A stretch of 64,000 bases of DNA, taken from assembly GCA_021613535.1 (NCBI GenBank), contig CP075494.1:16616001-16680000 (forward strand), in the 5' to 3' direction. This DNA is from Adineta vaga. Taxonomy: Eukaryota > Animalia > Rotifera. The notes beneath the pieces are model-generated. The model ran no database searches and was not told the DNA's origin. It saw nothing but the letters and a program-made list of their open reading frames with translations. How positions within the stretch are numbered: the first letter of the stretch is position 1; each line of letters starts with the position of its first letter. The position numbers were made by a program, and so were the translations under genes. Of this stretch, positions 60,701 to 64,000 are shown in pieces.

Positions 60701-62226
60701 AGGAGGGGCCTCAGTACAAAAGAGAAAGACGTGTGGAAGTCAGGTAACGCGCGCTGAGTGACCACCTGAAGGATTACACTAGCTGAAACAGGGCGAGAAA
60801 GGAGGGCGTGAGGATTTTTTGATACACGACGGGTAAATACCAACGGAGAGATCCGGTGGGTGATGATAAGAGCACTTTTGTAGATGAAAAACGTAAATTG
60901 CGTCCTTTTTGCAGCGGGTATCTCCGCTAGTGTTTATAATAAAAGAAAAAGATGAATTCATTTGCTTACTGATTTCTGATCTTTGTGATTGTTGTTTTTT
61001 TCTTCTAAGGAACTTTACCACAATCGGTATAAGAATTTTTAAAACAGTTATTAAACCACCAGTTAATCCAATCAATTTTGTAATTATATCAACAATTCCA
61101 TATTTTGTTTTATGAAAATATGAACATTGTATTGGTTGACATTCAATGAAATATTCTTTATATTTCTTCGTTAAATTCCATTTTTCAATCATTAATTCAC
61201 GAAGAAGTTGTTCAATTGTTGAATTAACTGAATAATTAATGAGTAATGATGAATCAAGAGCGATGAAGTTCGTTCGAAACGCAGGCATAAAATATGGTAG
61301 AAGTAAATTGATACATGTTTGATTAAAGAAACATTCGAGAGATGATTGAAGAAGTGCTTCAAGAATATAACATCCACGATAAATACCAGGTATAGAAAAT
61401 ACTGGTTTAGGTTTAGGATCATCATAAACATAACATTCTTTTATACATCGTGATGAAATATCACACGAACAATTAGAATATAAAGATGAAATTGGAATGA
61501 CTAATTCTTTTGGAATATTCATAATAAGATCATAATTAGTTTCTCGTCCTGAATATAAACCATTGATATGTGTTGTTTTTCTTATTAAATCAAGTGAAAT
61601 ATCAAAATTATTTATCATTGATGATTTAAATTGTTCATTAAATGTTTCAATTTGAGAATTAAATAAATTAAAAGGTATCATTGTTGTACTAACATATTGA
61701 TTTGATAAAAATTGTTTATAATTATCAGAAATTGTTCGATTAACTAAGTGACAAATATCATTCAATGCTTCAAATATAGCTCGAATTGCGACTCGAAAGT
61801 TTTTATGATTGATAACCGAAGATGTACTTGAAGGATAAAGATAATTTATCCATTGTTGACTTATAAATATGCTATTACATACTTCATGTAATGTATAATT
61901 AATTTCAAGAATTTCATTATTTTTAATTAAAATATTTTTACATGGACAAATAAGAGTTTCAGAATATTGTAAATAGAATTGTTGATATTGTTCAAAATTT
62001 GGTTCTTTAATTGTTTCTAATTTAATAATTGAAATCAATGAATTGTAAAAGAGAAGAATAAAGAGTGAAAGAATTAATAGAAAAATAAATAATCGTGTTG
62101 ATATTCGTTCATTTCGAAGATCATGTTCGTTGATTGAAGGTGGTATAGATTGAAATAAATTTAAATTTCTAGCAAATTCTATCGCTTTTAATAATAAATT
62201 ATTTATACGTTGACAAATAATTGACA
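57717..62226 (-). CDS. Three tandem Cys-rich two-TM modules (DEG/ENaC-like topology), probably one spliced gene of about 1270 aa
   Basis: Exons 62226-60970, 60328-59069 and 58999-57717 join in frame through phase-1 GT-AG introns. Each module has ERISTRLFIFLL, LICPC, GCYILEALLQSS and LIGLTGGL. Confidence 0.7.
60328..60930 (+). mobile_element. Non-autonomous Helitron (about 603 bp)
   Basis: A|TC 5' end (TCTATATATATAAAG plus TGTC microsatellite); 3' AGCGG..CCGCT hairpin and CTAG|T; no TSD; higher GC than the flanks. Confidence 0.8.
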
Positions 62227-62581
62227 CTAAATAAAAGATAAAACTCGATTATCATTATTCAAATGTATTTTATTGGATAAAATGATGTTTGATTCTTACT
62301 CGAAAGTATACGATTAATAATATAAAATTGATAAGAATAATTTGAAATAAAATTTGTAAAAAGAAATATAATATAATTACAAAACAATAAACTCGTTTCC
62401 TTCTTTAAAATAATATCACATATGAATTATAATGCATTAGAAATAATGAAATATGTTCGACAGATTGTGGAAGAATACTATTTCCCTACCTAATTATATT
62501 TTAATATAGTTTTTAACAACAGAAATCAAAGTTTTTTTTATATAAGATTTTAATCATAAACGTATACAAAAACGATTAACA

Positions 62582-64000
62582 ATGAATCCCAGAATACAAG
62601 TTTGTAATATAGAATTGTTTTATGAAAATAAAACTAATCGACGATTTTTATTCGATTATTTCAGCCAGAAGTATTGTCTGATCAATCAACAACAATGTAT
62701 GTCAATTGTAGTTTTATTTAAAAATTATATAAAAACCATTAATTATTTTAGATTTGAATATTTTCGAAGAAGAAAATTGATGATGATTATCATTTTTAGT
62801 ATTCTTATGATTTGGATCATATTAACTGTTATCATTGTAAAAAGCATTGTTACTAATAACAAGGAAAATATATCAACAACAACAAAATCAATGACAACAA
62901 CATCATCATCAACAACAACAACAGAGACAACGACGATAGTAAGAAAAGGTATAACATAACAATCTTTTCAATAAGAAATAAACTTATGTCAAAAGAGAAC
63001 TTTTCTCGAAAGCTTTAAACAAAGTATATATGATAGATTTCATTTTACATTTCATATGTACTATTTTCCAATCTAATCCTATTCGAATATATCTTCTAGG
63101 ATGGTTTCGCAGTGGTGACATGGAAAATTCACGATCTCAACACACTGCATCTGTATTAAAAAGTGGAAAAGTATTGGTTTGTGGTGGAAGGACTATGGTC
63201 ACTGGTTTACGTCAATGTGAGTTATATGATCCGTCAACAGAATATTGGAATAGTACTACTGGTATGCAAATTCCACGATCAGGACATACAGCATCCGTCT
63301 TATTAGATGGACAAGTACTCATTGTTGGTGGTGATAAACTTTTCGGGTCTCAACCAAAATTTGCTGAATTATTCGATCCATCGACAGAAAATTGGACAAC
63401 TACTAGTGATATGGCAATTACACGAATTGGACATACTGCATCCGTATTACCAAATGGAAAAGTATTAGTCATTGGTGGAAACAATAAAGGTGCTTTGAAT
63501 ACTGCTGAATTATATGATCCATCAACAAAAAATTGGATAAGTATTAAGACAATGAGATATGCTCGATCTGGACACACTGCATCTGTATTATTAAATGGAA
63601 AAGTATTGGTCACAGGTGGATCTAACCTCATTAGTGCTGAATTATATGATTTATCAACAGGAACTTGGACAACTACTACAGATATGACATATCCTCGATC
63701 TGGACATACTGCATCGATGATATCAAACAGTAAAGTATTAGTCTCAGGTGGAATGCAACATCTTGATAATACTAATAGTGCTGAATTATATGATATATTA
63801 ACCAAAAGTTGGACAACAGTTGCTAATATGACATATGGCCGAACGCAACATACCGCATCCGTCTTAAATACTGGAAATATTTTGATTAGCGGCGGTAAAT
63901 ATGGTGAACATACATACAATACTGCTGAGATTTATGATTCATTAACAGACGAATGGAAACCAACTACTAGAATGCAAAATGCACGATATCTACATACTAC
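62582..64000 (+). CDS. Type II membrane protein: TM, Thr stalk, Kelch repeats; runs off the window end
   Basis: TM and Thr-rich exon ends at donor AAAG|GTATAA (62948); the exon from 63100 has repeated R..HTASVL..GKVLV.GG...AELYDP....W units and is open to 64000. Confidence 0.85.

Noticed and set aside
60535-60843. 102-aa ORF and the C-terminal extension of ORF 60779..62227
   Set aside because: They lie inside the Helitron and intron, with no recognisable domain.
63350-63919. 189-aa minus-strand ORF
   Set aside because: Antisense shadow of the plus-strand Kelch repeats.
1-64000. tRNA or rRNA genes
   Set aside because: None recognised; the only tRNA-related sequence is the 12-nt PBS.

Overview
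AT-rich eukaryotic DNA with short GT-AG introns. The gene families (orphan rhodopsin-like GPCRs, LDLa/EGF-7TM receptors, F-box/LRR-like, NHL, Kelch, Cys-rich two-TM repeat proteins), the telomere-like TGTGGG/TGAGGG motifs and the retroelement type point to a bdelloid rotifer (Adineta/Rotaria-like). This assignment is inferred, not checked against a database. The window is a gene-family-rich surface, sensory and defence region. It contains an intact, young Ty3/gypsy LTR retrotransposon (35912-44282: identical 137-bp LTRs, GAATT target-site duplication, tRNA-His PBS, -1 gag-pol frameshift, DEDDy exonuclease ORF3), several MITE/Helitron/Helentron-type elements, and at least two intron-containing genes of probable prokaryotic origin. 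Most notable observations: (1) a bacterial-type Pol-beta nucleotidyltransferase that has acquired introns; (2) a secreted protein with a pore-former-like Ser/Gly hairpin fused to a phage tail-collar/tail-fibre tip; (3) a seven-copy covarying RNA hairpin motif seen only in the retrotransposon; (4) a dispersed family of telomere-repeat palindromes, several of which sit at rearrangement junctions; (5) a Helitron end that appears to supply a host splice acceptor. All exon models and protein assignments were made by eye.
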